Origin: Archangiaceae bacterium
GTDB lineage: Bacteria > Myxococcota > Myxococcia > Myxococcales > Myxococcaceae
Assembly (NCBI GenBank): GCA_043750125.1
Contig: JAYVCD010000208.1
Coordinates: forward strand, 1 to 22,254
DNA length: 22,254 nt
Direction: 5' to 3'
Shown here: piece by piece, positions 8,433 to 16,743 of the stretch
Position numbering within the stretch: the stretch's first letter is position 1
How the letters are laid out: each line of letters begins with the position of its first letter
The notes under the pieces: model-generated
Databases searched by the model: none
Seen by the model: the letters and a program-made list of their open reading frames with translations, nothing else
Told to the model about the DNA's origin: nothing
Position numbers and translations under genes: made by a program

Positions 8433-9046
8433 ACGTCTTTCGTCGCACCAACCGGGCGATCTTCGCCGACTCGGTGCCGACGGCCCTGCTGGCCTTGCGG
8501 TGCTGCGCGCTGCGAACCACCGGAGATTCAGAGCTCGCCGAAGCGCTGCTCGGTGGGCCGTTCTTGCCGGCGATGGACGCCGAGAGCCGAAAACTCGCCA
8601 GGGGACTGTACGACGCGCTGGGCATCGCCCGGGGCGAGGAAAGATTTCGCGCGCTGGCCGACTTGACGCTGTCGCACTTCGATCGCGAGCAGGCCGTCTT
8701 CACCGCGGGAATGGGAGCGCTGCACAGCGGTGAGGCTCCGAAGTGGCCGGCGATCAAAGTGCGCTTCACCCGGTTGTCGTCGGTCGATGCCCCGACCGCG
8801 CGCAATGGGAAGTTTCGGTTCGCGCGGTACGACCTGCCGAAGGACTTCGACGTGCGAGACCACCGCGCCCGGGCCGAGCATTTTGGCCGGGCCTTCGTCG
8901 GCGCGATTACTCCCAGCGTCGCCGTCTATGGGGTGGCGGTCGCCGAGGTGAAGCGTCGGTTTGGAGGTGGGCGCGAGGTGCCGAGCTACCCTGACGGGGG
9001 CCCGCGCCTGTTGGGGTGGGGGCGGATCAGCAGCGGCGACTGTTAG
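8426..9046 (+). CDS. Hypothetical protein (206 aa from ATG 8426), possibly 5'-truncated
   Basis: Protein-like helical sequence (MQDVFRRTNRAIFADSVPTALL...HFDREQAVF...FDVRDHRARAEHFGRAFV). Its stop overlaps the convergent regulator stop; no clear RBS. Confidence 0.55.
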   Translation: MQDVFRRTNRAIFADSVPTALLALRCCALRTTGDSELAEALLGGPFLPAMDAESRKLARGLYDALGIARGEERFRALADLTLSHFDREQAVFTAGMGALHSGEAPKWPAIKVRFTRLSSVDAPTARNGKFRFARYDLPKDFDVRDHRARAEHFGRAFVGAITPSVAVYGVAVAEVKRRFGGGREVPSYPDGGPRLLGWGRISSGDC

Positions 9047-10851
9047 GGCTCGTCGTCGTCTTCAGCTGCGCCTTCGACCGTCTTCTTCTTTCGTGGGCGC
9101 TCGATTCCGTAGCGATCGAGCCGGGTGAGAAAGGTCCGTCGAGGCATTCCAAGCCGCCGGGCAGCGAGCGTCTGATTTTGTCCGGCCGACTTCAGCGCTT
9201 CGATGATTCGCTCGCGTTCCACCGCCTCGAGCTCGTCGCGTACCGGGCCCGGTGCCGCGGGCGGAAGGAGGCCGTCGTCGGGCACCTTGTTCGGAAGGGT
9301 CGGGGCAACACTCTGCGGGGCCGCGGTGGCGATCGCCTCGGGAAGATGTGCGAGGTCGATCTTCCGGGCGTGCGAGAGCAGCACCACCCTTTCCATCACG
9401 TTGCGAAGCTGACGGACGTTTCCGGGCCACGAATAGCAGCACAGCCGCTTCTCGACGGCGGGGGTCAACTCGGGCACCGGCCGGTTCATTTCGGCGGCGT
9501 ACTTTTCGAGGAACATCTGCGCCAGCAACACAATCTCTTCGGGGCGTTCTCGCAGCGGGGGAAGGGCGATTGAAATTCCACACAGCCGCCAATACAGGTC
9601 TGCCCTGAATTTTCCGTCCTGGACCATCTGCAAGACGTCGCAGTTGGTGGCCGCGAGAATGCGAACGTCGACTGGCCGCGGCTCGAGATCTCCCACCCGC
9701 CGTACGGCCTTGTCCTCGAGCACCTGGAGCAGCTTGGCCTGCAGCGCGCCTTCCATCTCGCCGATTTCGTCGAGCAGCAACGTCCCGCCGGTGGCGTGCT
9801 CGAGCAGCCCGACCTTGTCTTTGAACGCTCCGGTGAAAGCGCCTTTGACGTAGCCGAACAGCTCGGCCTCGAGCAGCTGCGCTTGCAGGGCCGCGCAGTT
9901 GACGCGCACGAAGGGGCCGGCGCGGCGCGACGAGCGTTCGTGAATCGCGGCGGCGAGCATCTCTTTGCCGCTGCCGGTTTCGCCGGTGATCAACACCGAG
10001 ATGTTGCCCGCCGCCACCTCGCCCGCCATTTGGTAGATGGCGCGCATCGCGGGAGATCGAACGATCGCCAGCCGGGAATTCGCCCCTTCGACTTCCGGGC
10101 GGGTCGGCATCCCGTTGACCCGGCGCGCGTTGCGCAGTGCGCGGCGGGAAGCCGTGAACAGCTCGTCGGACGACGTCCCGTCGCGGGGGAAGACCGCCAG
10201 GCCCACCGAGGCGGTCAGCTTCGAGTCTTTGAGCGTCTGTTGAAGTCGGACGGCGACCTTCTCGATCCCCGCGACATTGGCCGCCGCGACGAGGACCTCG
10301 TACTGCCCGGCTCCGTACTCTTCGACCATGTCGCCGGGCCGCAGGAAACTTCGAATCAGCCCGCGAAAGGCGCTGGAAGGAGGCTCGCCCTCAATCATCA
10401 GCAGGCCCACGCACTGGGTGTCGCGTCGCGCGCGCAGACACTCGTCCTGCAAGCGCCGCTCGAACAGCAGGTGGCCGCTGTCCGCGTGGGTTTCGGGAAG
10501 CCCGCCCGTGCGCAGAAAGAAGCGGGTCTTGCCGATCTCCACCAGGTCGACACCGGTGAGCGCGCACTCGGCTTGGATCTGAACTCCCCGAACGCGGGTG
10601 CCGTTCTGGCTGCCGAGGTCGCGAATCGACACCTTCCCCTCGCGGCTCACCACTTCGGCGTGGCGGCGGGAAGTGGTCGAATCGGTGAGGCGAATCTCGA
10701 CCGTGGCTTCGCGGCCGATCACGATCGAGCCATTCCAGGGAAGCTCGAGAGTCGTGGTCCCTTCGGCTCCAATCACGATCAGGAAGTTCTTGTTCGCGAG
10801 CAGGAACTCGGGAGGTGCCTCGATCTGCCGCTGGGTGGTCTCGGAGCTCAA
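9043..10851 (-). CDS. Sigma54-dependent enhancer-binding protein: FHA, degenerate GGDEF-like, AAA+ and Fis-type HTH domains
   Basis: FHA (IGR..SRRH..DLGSQNGT); GGDEF-like (LRPGDMVEEYGAGQY..ASVGLAVFPRDG); GETGSGKE, ELFGYVKGAFTGA, LLLDEIGEM, WPGNVRQL; HTH NQTLAARRLGMPRRT. TTG start uncertain. Confidence 0.93.
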   Translation of the reverse strand: MSSETTQRQIEAPPEFLLANKNFLIVIGAEGTTTLELPWNGSIVIGREATVEIRLTDSTTSRRHAEVVSREGKVSIRDLGSQNGTRVRGVQIQAECALTGVDLVEIGKTRFFLRTGGLPETHADSGHLLFERRLQDECLRARRDTQCVGLLMIEGEPPSSAFRGLIRSFLRPGDMVEEYGAGQYEVLVAAANVAGIEKVAVRLQQTLKDSKLTASVGLAVFPRDGTSSDELFTASRRALRNARRVNGMPTRPEVEGANSRLAIVRSPAMRAIYQMAGEVAAGNISVLITGETGSGKEMLAAAIHERSSRRAGPFVRVNCAALQAQLLEAELFGYVKGAFTGAFKDKVGLLEHATGGTLLLDEIGEMEGALQAKLLQVLEDKAVRRVGDLEPRPVDVRILAATNCDVLQMVQDGKFRADLYWRLCGISIALPPLRERPEEIVLLAQMFLEKYAAEMNRPVPELTPAVEKRLCCYSWPGNVRQLRNVMERVVLLSHARKIDLAHLPEAIATAAPQSVAPTLPNKVPDDGLLPPAAPGPVRDELEAVERERIIEALKSAGQNQTLAARRLGMPRRTFLTRLDRYGIERPRKKKTVEGAAEDDDEP

Positions 10852-10925
10852 AGGGAACGAGAGTTTAGCTTCGTCTCCAGCTCAAAGTTCAAGGTTGTGC
10901 AGGCGCCGCGCTACAGGTGCCGAAG

Positions 10926-10947
10926 CTGCGCAACCAGGCTTGCGCAG
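10926..10947. promoter_or_regulatory. Putative enhancer (UAS) palindrome for the sigma54 activator
   Basis: CTGCGCAA-ccaggc-TTGCGCAG perfect 8-bp inverted repeat; related TGTGCA half-sites at 10896-10901 and 10950-10955. Confidence 0.55.
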
Positions 10948-11004
10948 GTTGTGCAACTTCTCGGGGGTTTGTCCCAAGCTCTCGAAACCCTTTGGTAAAT
11001 GCAC

Positions 11005-11021
11005 CCGGCATGGGCACTGCA
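11005..11021 (+). promoter_or_regulatory. Putative sigma54 (-24/-12) promoter of the cupin gene
   Basis: CCGGCATGGGCACTGCA: GG 11007-11008, GC 11019-11020, 10-nt spacing; adjacent to a divergent sigma54 activator. Confidence 0.6.
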
Positions 11022-11063
11022 CAAGTCGCCCACGCAACGTACTTCCCAAGGAGCTGTCCAAAC

Positions 11064-11528
11064 ATGATCCGAAAAAACCTGAAGACCCCGATTGCCCTCG
11101 TCTGCGGTGGACTGCTCCTGGGGGGCACGGCGGTCCTCGCGACGCCCGGACTGTTGGCCGTCGGCACCAAACTGGCGGTGGTTACGATCGCGACGGAATT
11201 TAAGATTAAGCAGAAGGGCCCTTCGGACCTCGTCTTTTCGACCGTCACCTTTCAGCCCGGCGGCAACACCGGCTGGCATCGTCACGCCGGACCGCACTTC
11301 GTGTCCGTCAAGACCGGCTCGGTCACCATCTTCCACTCGCCCGATTGCATTCCGGAAGTGTTCCCGGCCGGCACTGGTTTTGTGGACGAAGGCGATGACG
11401 ACATTCACATCGGAGTCGCCGATGCGACTGTCCCCACCACCATCTTCGTGCTCGACAATCCGCAACCGGGCCAGAACAACCGCATCGACGTGCCCGCCCC
11501 GGTGGGTGCCGCCAACTGCGGGCACTGA
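11064..11528 (+). CDS. Exported cupin-domain protein (154 aa)
   Basis: AAGGAG RBS then ATG at 11064; signal peptide (MIRKNLK..LLLGGTAVLA); cupin motifs PGGNTGWHRHAG and GTGFVDEGDDDIH. Confidence 0.85.
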   Translation: MIRKNLKTPIALVCGGLLLGGTAVLATPGLLAVGTKLAVVTIATEFKIKQKGPSDLVFSTVTFQPGGNTGWHRHAGPHFVSVKTGSVTIFHSPDCIPEVFPAGTGFVDEGDDDIHIGVADATVPTTIFVLDNPQPGQNNRIDVPAPVGAANCGH

Positions 11529-11537
11529 GCTTCGGTC

Positions 11538-12188
11538 TTAACCGCGCTCGAATGAAGTGATCACCCGGTCCAGCCCCGCTTCGAACAGCTCATCGAAGCG
11601 ATCGGTGCCGAACCAGACCATCACCCTGTTCAACGCGGCGAGCTGGGGAGGAGGCGCGATGGCACCTTTCGGAGTCCCGCGCTTCACCATCTCGAACCCG
11701 GCCAGCTCGTCGAGAATCGCGCCGTTGCAGTAGTGAAGAACGCTGCGGTACAGCTCGACCGACTTCCGCGGCGTCATCTTGTTGTGCAGCAGCATCGCGA
11801 AAATCCGATCGAGGAACGCGAGCGCACCTGGGGTGGCAAACCGGCGCATCGCGAACAAGAGGTAGGCCTTGGGATGTTTGCGGGCGAGCGCGCGGTAGGC
11901 CCGGGCCATCTGGCGCGATCTTTCCTGCCAGGTCCCCTTTCCAGCCAGCGGGACGTCGAGCTCGAGCAACAGCGCCAGCTTCTCGGCCACCGAATCGAGC
12001 AGCGCGTCCTTCGAAGGAAAGTGTTTGTAGAGCGCCATTCCTTCGACCCCGAGCACCGCGCCGAGCTTGCGCGTCGACATCGCTTCGAGTCCGTGGGTGT
12101 CGATGTACGCCAGCGCCGCATCGGTGATGACCTGGGGACTCAAGGGTCCCTGGCGCTTGACCTTCGCTCTGCTCTTCGCGGCCGCCAT
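11538..12188 (-). CDS. TetR/AcrR family transcriptional regulator (TetR_C-type, 216 aa)
   Basis: HTH DAALAYIDTHGLEAMSTRKLGAVLGVEGMALYKHFPSKDALL; C-terminal FEAGLDRVI; ATG at 12188, 5 nt after the upstream stop. Confidence 0.92.
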   Translation of the reverse strand: MAAAKSRAKVKRQGPLSPQVITDAALAYIDTHGLEAMSTRKLGAVLGVEGMALYKHFPSKDALLDSVAEKLALLLELDVPLAGKGTWQERSRQMARAYRALARKHPKAYLLFAMRRFATPGALAFLDRIFAMLLHNKMTPRKSVELYRSVLHYCNGAILDELAGFEMVKRGTPKGAIAPPPQLAALNRVMVWFGTDRFDELFEAGLDRVITSFERG

Positions 12189-12193
12189 CGCGC

Positions 12194-13807
12194 TTACAGC
12201 CGCACTTCGGTCTGGAGGATGGGCGGAATCTTGACCATCGAAATGCTCGCGTTGCGTCCCATGAACCCGCGCGCCTCTTCGATCGCTTCGGACAACGTGT
12301 CGGTGCGATCCCAACCGAGCAGCGCGGGCACGTGGTTGTTCTCGGCGCCGGCGCAGATGATTTTCCCGGCGTGCTGCCGGCCGTTCTCGCCCCAGTACCA
12401 CATGTAGAAGGGGTGGGCCCCGTGGTAGCTGTTGCCCTTGCGGTAGAGGTGCACGTAGCTGGGGTTGCGCGCGAATTCCTCTTCGTACTTGTGCGAGAGG
12501 ACCATCGCGTCGCGCGTCTCGGGCAGCAGTCGGTTGAAGAACTCGATGTACGGCGCGTGGTGCTCGGGGTCGAACTCGTCGTACGCCGGGTGGGTGATGA
12601 TGATCACCCCGCCCTTCTTCAGCAGCGGGACTCCGCGGTTCAGGTTGTGGAGGTACCCGCAGGCCATCACCTGCACCAGCAACGGGTTCAAGATCGAGTT
12701 GACGTTGTAGGGCGAGATGTACGGCATCCCGAAGATGACGATGTCGCTTTGCCCGTCGACCGGCACCGAGTACTGCTTCCACGACAGCTCGAGCGTCTTC
12801 TGGTGCGTGGGCTCGGTCGCACCGGCGAACACCCCAATCACTTCGTACGCCGCCGGAATGCTGTGGAACATCTTGCGCTTCATCGGGCGCGGCATCTTCG
12901 ACAGCGCGTACTTGGTCGCCTGGAACTTCAACCGATCGAACTCGGTGAAGTCCTCTTCCTTCTTCATCAGCCAGTCCAGCTGGCCATCGAACGCACGGTT
13001 GTTGAGCACCGTCTCGATGTGAAAGACCTTCAGGTGCTTGTCGATCACCCGGCCGATGCGCTCGGTCGAACGGTGGAGCGCCGACGTGCTCGGTTCCATG
13101 TAGCTGCTGGTGTCGCGAATGGTCTGCGGGTTGTGGTGCGCGCGCAGCGACGCGTAGTTGGTCAAGCCGGTGCCGACCGACTTGTGCCCCCCGTCCATCG
13201 GGACGAGGTTGATGTTCACGTAGATCAGCAGGTCGCTGTCGGCGGCGCGCTTGTTGAGTGCGACCACCTCGTTCTGCGCGGTGCGTTCCATCTCGACGAT
13301 TCCGTCGGGATCTTCGGCGTCGTGGTTGTAGAAACGATCGGGGTGGAACTCTCGGAAGATGTCGTCGCCCACGCAGCGCTTGAGCTCGGCGTCGGTCATG
13401 CGCCGGTGAAGCGCGTTGGCGATGATGATGTGGACATCGTCGACGCCCGAGTCGGACAACAGCTCGAGCACGATCTCGAGCACTTTTTGCCGCACGTCCG
13501 GGGTGCGCATCGGGGGCAGGGGCAAAGAGATGTCGTCGAGCGCGATGGTCACCTTCATTCCCGGCGTCAGCAGCGCGTGCAGCGGCTCCATCTCTTCGGG
13601 GTGGTTGATCGCGTAGCGAATCGCCGCCTTGAGGTTGGGCACCGGCTCGAGCGGAGGCCGGGGGTAGATGATCCGGGTCCCGACGGGCACGTCCTCGAGC
13701 AGAAAGTCTTCCCCGTAGAAGAGCACGCGGGGCGGCGAGCTCTTCTCCTGGATGACGATGTGACTTTCTTCGTCGTACAGCTTCTTCAGCGTCTTCAGCG
13801 GGCGCAT
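12194..13807 (-). CDS. Lactate racemase (LarA/DUF2088) domain-containing protein
   Basis: [45 protein letters not shown] resemble LarA-superfamily motifs; AAGGA RBS; strong GC3 bias. Confidence 0.82.
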   Translation of the reverse strand: MRPLKTLKKLYDEESHIVIQEKSSPPRVLFYGEDFLLEDVPVGTRIIYPRPPLEPVPNLKAAIRYAINHPEEMEPLHALLTPGMKVTIALDDISLPLPPMRTPDVRQKVLEIVLELLSDSGVDDVHIIIANALHRRMTDAELKRCVGDDIFREFHPDRFYNHDAEDPDGIVEMERTAQNEVVALNKRAADSDLLIYVNINLVPMDGGHKSVGTGLTNYASLRAHHNPQTIRDTSSYMEPSTSALHRSTERIGRVIDKHLKVFHIETVLNNRAFDGQLDWLMKKEEDFTEFDRLKFQATKYALSKMPRPMKRKMFHSIPAAYEVIGVFAGATEPTHQKTLELSWKQYSVPVDGQSDIVIFGMPYISPYNVNSILNPLLVQVMACGYLHNLNRGVPLLKKGGVIIITHPAYDEFDPEHHAPYIEFFNRLLPETRDAMVLSHKYEEEFARNPSYVHLYRKGNSYHGAHPFYMWYWGENGRQHAGKIICAGAENNHVPALLGWDRTDTLSEAIEEARGFMGRNASISMVKIPPILQTEVRL

Positions 13808-13823
13808 GCGAGTTCCTTGAGAG

Positions 13824-14555
13824 TCAGCGCAGGTCGAGAATCGGCCAGTTGTAGCTTCGGGCCAGCGCGCGCAGGCGAAGGTCCGGGTTGACCGCGGTGG
13901 GGCGGCCGACGGCGGTGAGCATGGCGTAGTCGCTGGCGCTGTCGGTGTACGCGTGGCTCTTGTTCGCCGCCAGGTTGTGGCGTTCGCAATAATCGCGAAT
14001 CACGTTGGCCTTGTTCGCGCCTTCGATGATCGGAGGAATCACCTTCCCGGTCGCGACGCCTCCGACGAACTGCATCTTGTTGGCGATGACGTCGTCGGCC
14101 CCGAGGAACCGGGCCAGCGGAGCCATCGTGAAGTCGAGCGCGCCGGTGATGAAGACGATGCGGCAATTGGCGCGGCGGGCCTCGTCGATCAAATCTTTCG
14201 CGCGGGGGTAGATGGCGGGTTTGATTACGTCTTCGAACAAGTCCTCGGCCAGGGTGTAGAGCCGGTCTTCCGAGAAGCCGGCGTAGCGCCGATAAAAAAA
14301 CTCGTTGAACGTCTTGCGGTCGATGAGGTTCAGCGCGCCGAAGATGGGAATCGACGCGACCGTGCTCAGCGTGCGGCCGAGGATTCCCATCACGCTGCCT
14401 TCGTTCATCGCGTAGTAGCCGAACGCGTGAACGACGTTGGTCGAAATGAGCGTGCCGTCTACGTCGTAGAAAGCAGCCTTGCCTAAAGCGTGAGGACCTT
14501 GATGCACGGGCGGCGGGATACCACAGCTTGCCCCTACTTCAAGCGGGCTGGACAC
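13824..14555 (-). CDS. HAD-IB family hydrolase (SerB-like phosphatase)
   Basis: [10 protein letters not shown] (motif I), FITGA (II), K in GANKA (III), [16 protein letters not shown] (IV). Start uncertain; GTG at 14507 is an alternative. Confidence 0.9.
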   Translation of the reverse strand: MSSPLEVGASCGIPPPVHQGPHALGKAAFYDVDGTLISTNVVHAFGYYAMNEGSVMGILGRTLSTVASIPIFGALNLIDRKTFNEFFYRRYAGFSEDRLYTLAEDLFEDVIKPAIYPRAKDLIDEARRANCRIVFITGALDFTMAPLARFLGADDVIANKMQFVGGVATGKVIPPIIEGANKANVIRDYCERHNLAANKSHAYTDSASDYAMLTAVGRPTAVNPDLRLRALARSYNWPILDLR

Positions 14556-14603
14556 CTGGTGGGGTTGAGCGCCTGCGGGCGGCCGAGTGGATGGGTTTGG
14601 TGA

Positions 14604-14660
14604 TGAAAGACGACGGGGGACGCGGAAGGCCGCGCGCCCCCCACGTCCCCCGCCTTTTCA
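14604..14660 (-). terminator. GC-rich hairpin downstream of the Cys-rich gene, probable terminator
   Basis: CGGGGGACG (14614-14622) pairs with CGTCCCCCG (14644-14652), flanked by TGAAAG and TTTTCA. Confidence 0.55.
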
Positions 14661-14674
14661 GCAGCGCAAGTGGC

Positions 14675-16012
14675 TCATCGAACGTCGAAGGCGCCGTTGA
14701 TCGTGCCGCCTCCTCCCAGCGACATCACGAAGGTTCCTTTGAGCCCGCCGGCAACCTGGGTGAAGGTCACGGTGGCAGAGCTTGCGGGGCGCGAGGCGTA
14801 GAAGGTGACTCCGCCGGCGGTCTTCTGGTCCCAGAAGATCGCGTTGGACACCGAGACGGTGCCGGGGGCCGAAGGGCAAGCGCTGAGCGGAAGCACCGCG
14901 CCCATCGAGGTCACCTGGGGATCCATCACGAACAGCGAGAGGCCGCTGCCGTCATCGCCCACTGCGGCGACGCCCGAAGGCACGCTGACGGCTCCGCTGC
15001 CGAACGCCGAGCAGACGGCGACGTTGCCCACGGTGCCCGAGAAGTTGCCATCGCCCTGCAGCCGACTGCAGGAAACCGGGGGGGAAGTGACGCACTGTCC
15101 GGCCTGGCAGACCTGGCCCGCGCCGCACTGAGCGTTCGAGGTGCAGCCGGGAGGAGCGGTGACGCACTGCCCGGCCTGGCAGACCTGGCCCGCGCCGCAC
15201 TGAGCGTTCGAGGTGCAGGGGGGAGGGCCGTTGACGCACTGCCCGGCCTGGCAGATTTTGCCCGCGCCGCACTGGGCGTTGGTGGTGCAGGCGGGAGGAG
15301 CGGTGACGCACTGTCCGGCCTGGCAGACCTGCCCGGTGGCGCACTGGGCGTTCGAGGTGCAGCCCTGGGGAACGCAGGCGCCGCTGAGGCACACTTCATT
15401 GCTGCGGCACTGGGCGTTCGTGGTGCAGGCAGGAATCGCAGTGGCATCGTCGAGCGTGCCGCTGAAGGTTCCGGTGATGCGTCCGCCGATGACTCCGGCG
15501 GCGGTGAGGGTGAGGGTGCCGGCGCTTGCGAGCGCGACGGGATTTCCCGTTGCGGAATCGAAGATCCCCGCGAAGAGCGTGGTGTTGTTGATGCTCGAGG
15601 TGCCGACTTTCAGCGGCGCGCCGTCCGAGATGATTCCAAAGAAGTTTCCAGTGCCGGCGGTGAAGTTGCCGATCATCAGGTAGTGCAGGGTGCTGCCGGC
15701 CTGGCTGTCGAGGAAGCCGATGCCCGAGGGCCCACCGGCGGCGGGAGGGGTGGCGCTGGTGGACCAGGTGCCGGTTCCCATCGGCGTGCCCTGCCAGGTG
15801 TTGGGGTCGACGACGGGGACATCGAAGCTGGCGGTGCCCGGGTAGCCAGAGCTCAAAGCCTGGTTGAGGTGCTGGCCCTGGTGCTGGCCCTGGTGCTGGG
15901 GCCGGGCGAGGGTGATTTGTCCGGGGTTGCTACATCCGGTGAGGAAAAAGAGACCAATCAGACACGACGCGACTGAACGAGCCGTGACGGCTCGCGCAAG
16001 ATTCATAGACAT
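14675..16012 (-). CDS. Cys-rich repeat putative lipoprotein
   Basis: GAGGGG RBS; signal with lipobox FLTGC; two Gly/Thr-rich beta-type domains flanking five four-Cys repeats. Confidence 0.85.
   Translation of the reverse strand: MSMNLARAVTARSVASCLIGLFFLTGCSNPGQITLARPQHQGQHQGQHLNQALSSGYPGTASFDVPVVDPNTWQGTPMGTGTWSTSATPPAAGGPSGIGFLDSQAGSTLHYLMIGNFTAGTGNFFGIISDGAPLKVGTSSINNTTLFAGIFDSATGNPVALASAGTLTLTAAGVIGGRITGTFSGTLDDATAIPACTTNAQCRSNEVCLSGACVPQGCTSNAQCATGQVCQAGQCVTAPPACTTNAQCGAGKICQAGQCVNGPPPCTSNAQCGAGQVCQAGQCVTAPPGCTSNAQCGAGQVCQAGQCVTSPPVSCSRLQGDGNFSGTVGNVAVCSAFGSGAVSVPSGVAAVGDDGSGLSLFVMDPQVTSMGAVLPLSACPSAPGTVSVSNAIFWDQKTAGGVTFYASRPASSATVTFTQVAGGLKGTFVMSLGGGGTINGAFDVR
15085..15428 (-). repeat. 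Intragenic 72-bp tandem repeat (four near-identical copies plus one diverged), unit CTSNAQCGAGQVCQAGQCVTAPPG
   Basis: The (g/t)tgacgcactg motif recurs at 15087, 15159, 15231 and 15303, an exact 72-bp period. Confidence 0.93.
15868..15899 (-). repeat. 12-bp tandem repeat encoding QHQG-QHQG-QH
   Basis: ggtgctggccct occurs about 2.6 times on the + strand. Confidence 0.8.
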
Positions 16013-16134
16013 GTGGGGTTCCCCTCGTAAGGAACGGCGCCCGGCTCACGCCGCGTTCATCGTCGCGTCAGTCTCCTGCCGTGGGGCATTCATTCATTTG
16101 GTGATTTCGGTGTTCGATTGCCCGACAAGGGCGG

Positions 16135-16743
16135 ATGCCGATTCGAAGAGGAGCAGTGAGCTGTTCGCGGTTTCGCATCGAGGGAACGGTGCCCAAAGAC
16201 GTGAAGAAGTGGCTGACGAAAGCGCTGAAGACGGGCGCGTTCGAGCCGATTGATCCGAAGAGTGACGAAGAGCGTGCGGCGGGGTTCGTCGAGTTGGAAG
16301 ACGACCGGGCGACGGCCTTTTCAGGCGGGGCGCTGTTCGAAGGGCTGTACGCGTTGTTTTCCTGGCGGGTGGAAAAAATCCGCATCCCGGCGTCGACGGT
16401 TCGTGCCGAGCTGCTCGAGTGGGGAAAGAAGTTCGAAGTGAAGAACGGGCGTGAGCCGGGCCGGCGCGAGAAGAGCGAGCAGAAAGAGCTGATTCGCAAA
16501 GCGATGCGCGCGAGGACTGAGCCGGTGGCCTCGGTTTCGGACATCAGCTACGAATTGCCGGTGGGCGAGATCCTGGTTTGGGCGAGCTCGACGGGAATCG
16601 TGGAGGAAGTGCAGACCGGTCTGGAGCAGGGCCTGGCGGTCCGTCTGATTCCGCGGGTACCGGCGTCGTTCGTCTCGCCGGCGGTGCTCGAGGCGCTGGG
16701 CCCGACGCCCGAGCTGTTTGAGCATCAGGAGGCGGGGCGATGA
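16135..16743 (+). CDS. RdgC-like protein (202 aa)
   Basis: GAVSCSRFRI, AFEPID..EERAAGFVE, FSWRVEKIRIP, REKSEQKELI resemble the RdgC N-terminal half. Confidence 0.68.
   Translation: MPIRRGAVSCSRFRIEGTVPKDVKKWLTKALKTGAFEPIDPKSDEERAAGFVELEDDRATAFSGGALFEGLYALFSWRVEKIRIPASTVRAELLEWGKKFEVKNGREPGRREKSEQKELIRKAMRARTEPVASVSDISYELPVGEILVWASSTGIVEEVQTGLEQGLAVRLIPRVPASFVSPAVLEALGPTPELFEHQEAGR

Noticed and set aside
12189..12782. Extension of the TetR ORF to 414 aa
   Set aside because: Out-of-frame overlap with the LarA-like gene; the HTH begins just after ATG 12188.
12332..13891. 519-aa + strand ORF
   Set aside because: Antisense shadow of the LarA-like gene, expected in high-GC DNA; no motifs.
15085..15428. 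Regularly spaced repeats as a CRISPR array
   Set aside because: The 72-bp period is a codon multiple, there are no unique spacers, the repeats encode in-frame Cys units and no cas genes are present.
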